Origin: an uncultured delta proteobacterium
GTDB lineage: Bacteria; Desulfobacterota; Binatia; DP-6
Assembly (NCBI GenBank): GCA_963815115.1
Contig: CAWFFN010000009.1
Span: 32,001 to 96,000 of the forward strand
Length of the DNA stretch: 64,000 bases
Direction: 5' to 3'
Part shown: positions 63,601 through 64,000 of the stretch, one piece after another
How the letters are laid out: each line of letters starts with the position of its first letter
Position numbering within the stretch: the first letter of the stretch is position 1
Position numbers and translations under genes: made by a program
Notes under the pieces: model-generated
What the model saw: the letters and a program-made list of their open reading frames with translations, nothing else
The model's database searches: none
What the model was told of the DNA's origin: nothing

Positions 63601-64000
63601 CGCGGTGTTCAGGGCCGGGAACGACCTCAGGATACCCTCGGCGACGGCCTGGTGGAGACGAACCGGCCGGACGATGTCGCGCAACCGATGCGTTCCCAGG
63701 TCGAGCAGCGAGATGTCCGGCGCAAGCTGCGCGATGAGACCGACCGCCGCTTCCGAGACGACGATCTGCCCCCCGTGCGTGACAGCGAGGATCCGAGACG
63801 CCTGATGCAGGGCCATCCCGAACAGCTCGTCGCCCACCTCGGCGACCTCGCCAGCGTGGACCGCCATCCGGATCCGGACGGACGTCCCGCCCGGCCAGGA
63901 CTCTGCCGCCAGGGTGCGCTGGGCCTCGACGGCTGCGGTCAGCGCGTCGCCGGCCGAACCGAAGACGAACGCGCAGCCGTCGCCGCCGGTGGGATATCCG
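60697..64000 (-). CDS. Cyclase-like domain - NB-ARC-like STAND ATPase - TPR - winged-helix regulator (5'-truncated by the window)
   Basis: GDG...IRMAVHAG; GAGGSGKT, LVLDNCEH, GLPLAIELAA; TPRs; FRREGEYWTL...LRTGVFCSYTP. Confidence 0.88.
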   Translation of the reverse strand, partial: GYPTGGDGCAFVFGSAGDALTAAVEAQRTLAAESWPGGTSVRIRMAVHAGEVAEVGDELFGMALHQASRILAVTHGGQIVVSEAAVGLIAQLAPDISLLDLGTHRLRDIVRPVRLHQAVAEGILRSFPALNTATNGVSHLPAPTTSFVGREQELRELVDLLASRRLVTLTGAGGSGKTRLALEAVRRVEDQHHDGVCLVELAGLRTDALVPEAVLGALGMREPTAGRSASEFLCASLAERDLLLVLDNCEHVVAAVAALVSELLLACAQLHVLATSREPLRLPGEVERPVPPLDRPDPDALESLDRLAEYGAVRLLIERGGDVRPGFRLTDGNAAALARICAELAGLPLAIELAAARLRTLSPEQVAARLGEQLELLTHGGRSRPDRQQTMRATLDWSHQLLAADEQIVFRRLSVFAGGFTLDAAEQVADGDGVERAGVADAVERLASRSMVTVDHDRAEPRLRMLEPVRQYAAERLREAGERDRVVWRHLEWVVALAEKAGIGFMREPGRWSARLRDEQDNVRQAMESALAGVDPEAALRIAAALGYPWFTTGQPEARAWVVRALEAAPGAPELIRAMALVGAGLLAENVLDYDQALVHLRRALAISRAVGARALEGWVLMQMGRAAWAIDVDARPPAAWFEDALRIFREVDEPAGMGWMLSFLAQELLKAGDIEGALSRAAEAFDVGTRSGLVQFVGQSRQLLAMVAAKRGQEADAEHLLEEAAAVYERAGDRWHLALILTMTAHLAFNRGDDARTLGPLRQALRLARDSGSGERMTYAVELAAHVLHHRGRASEVATLVGAVEAVYLRLPRKETNVRPRQLAWTGADIRAPSAGGIRLAWSTGFEALASAVSEGFDEHRVAGRSLSLERAADRALRVLDEELALAAGQACGGSEAEEQAPPAPAPTPSDDAGIFRREGEYWTLAYAGKTFRVRDTKGLHYIVRLLGDPGAEVHVGDLVALGAGAADGAEDAPRSVAQGDLGAMLDPRARAEYKRRLDDLHDELAEATAGGDLGRAARARDEIELITRELSTAYGLGGRPRTAGDPAERWRKAVTNQIRRSLERIRAEHPALGLHLEKGLRTGVFCSYTPERPVAWRL

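Overview
High-GC bacterial chromosomal window, probably origin-proximal. Gene order and content suggest a delta-proteobacterial-type lineage such as Candidatus Binatia (inference). It opens with the 3' end of rsmG, a parS-like palindrome, parA-parB, a bactofilin and a split ATP synthase operon (b', b, delta, alpha, gamma, beta, short epsilon). Metabolic and accessory genes follow: mscL, pgl, a mycobacterial Sdh1-type succinate dehydrogenase operon, acyl-CoA dehydrogenases under a TetR, an octaheme cytochrome divergent from a Cys-rich sulfatase, gshA, an L,D-transpeptidase, SDRs and an RHH/PIN toxin-antitoxin pair. Three observations stand out. (1) Three genes share one divergent OmpR-like winged-helix domain (two STAND-ATPase fusions and one stand-alone copy), and a composite motif TGTAGCGTCGCTACA-N5-TGTAGCGCC occurs three times right beside them, a candidate regulator/operator system. 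(2) A RyR-TPR-SLOG-class III cyclase protein has non-canonical base-specificity residues. (3) A two-hairpin element with compensatory changes occurs three times directly after stop codons. Several single-indel frameshifts may be assembly errors. I saw no rRNA, tRNA or CRISPR array. All calls come from reading motifs by eye; no database searches were run.
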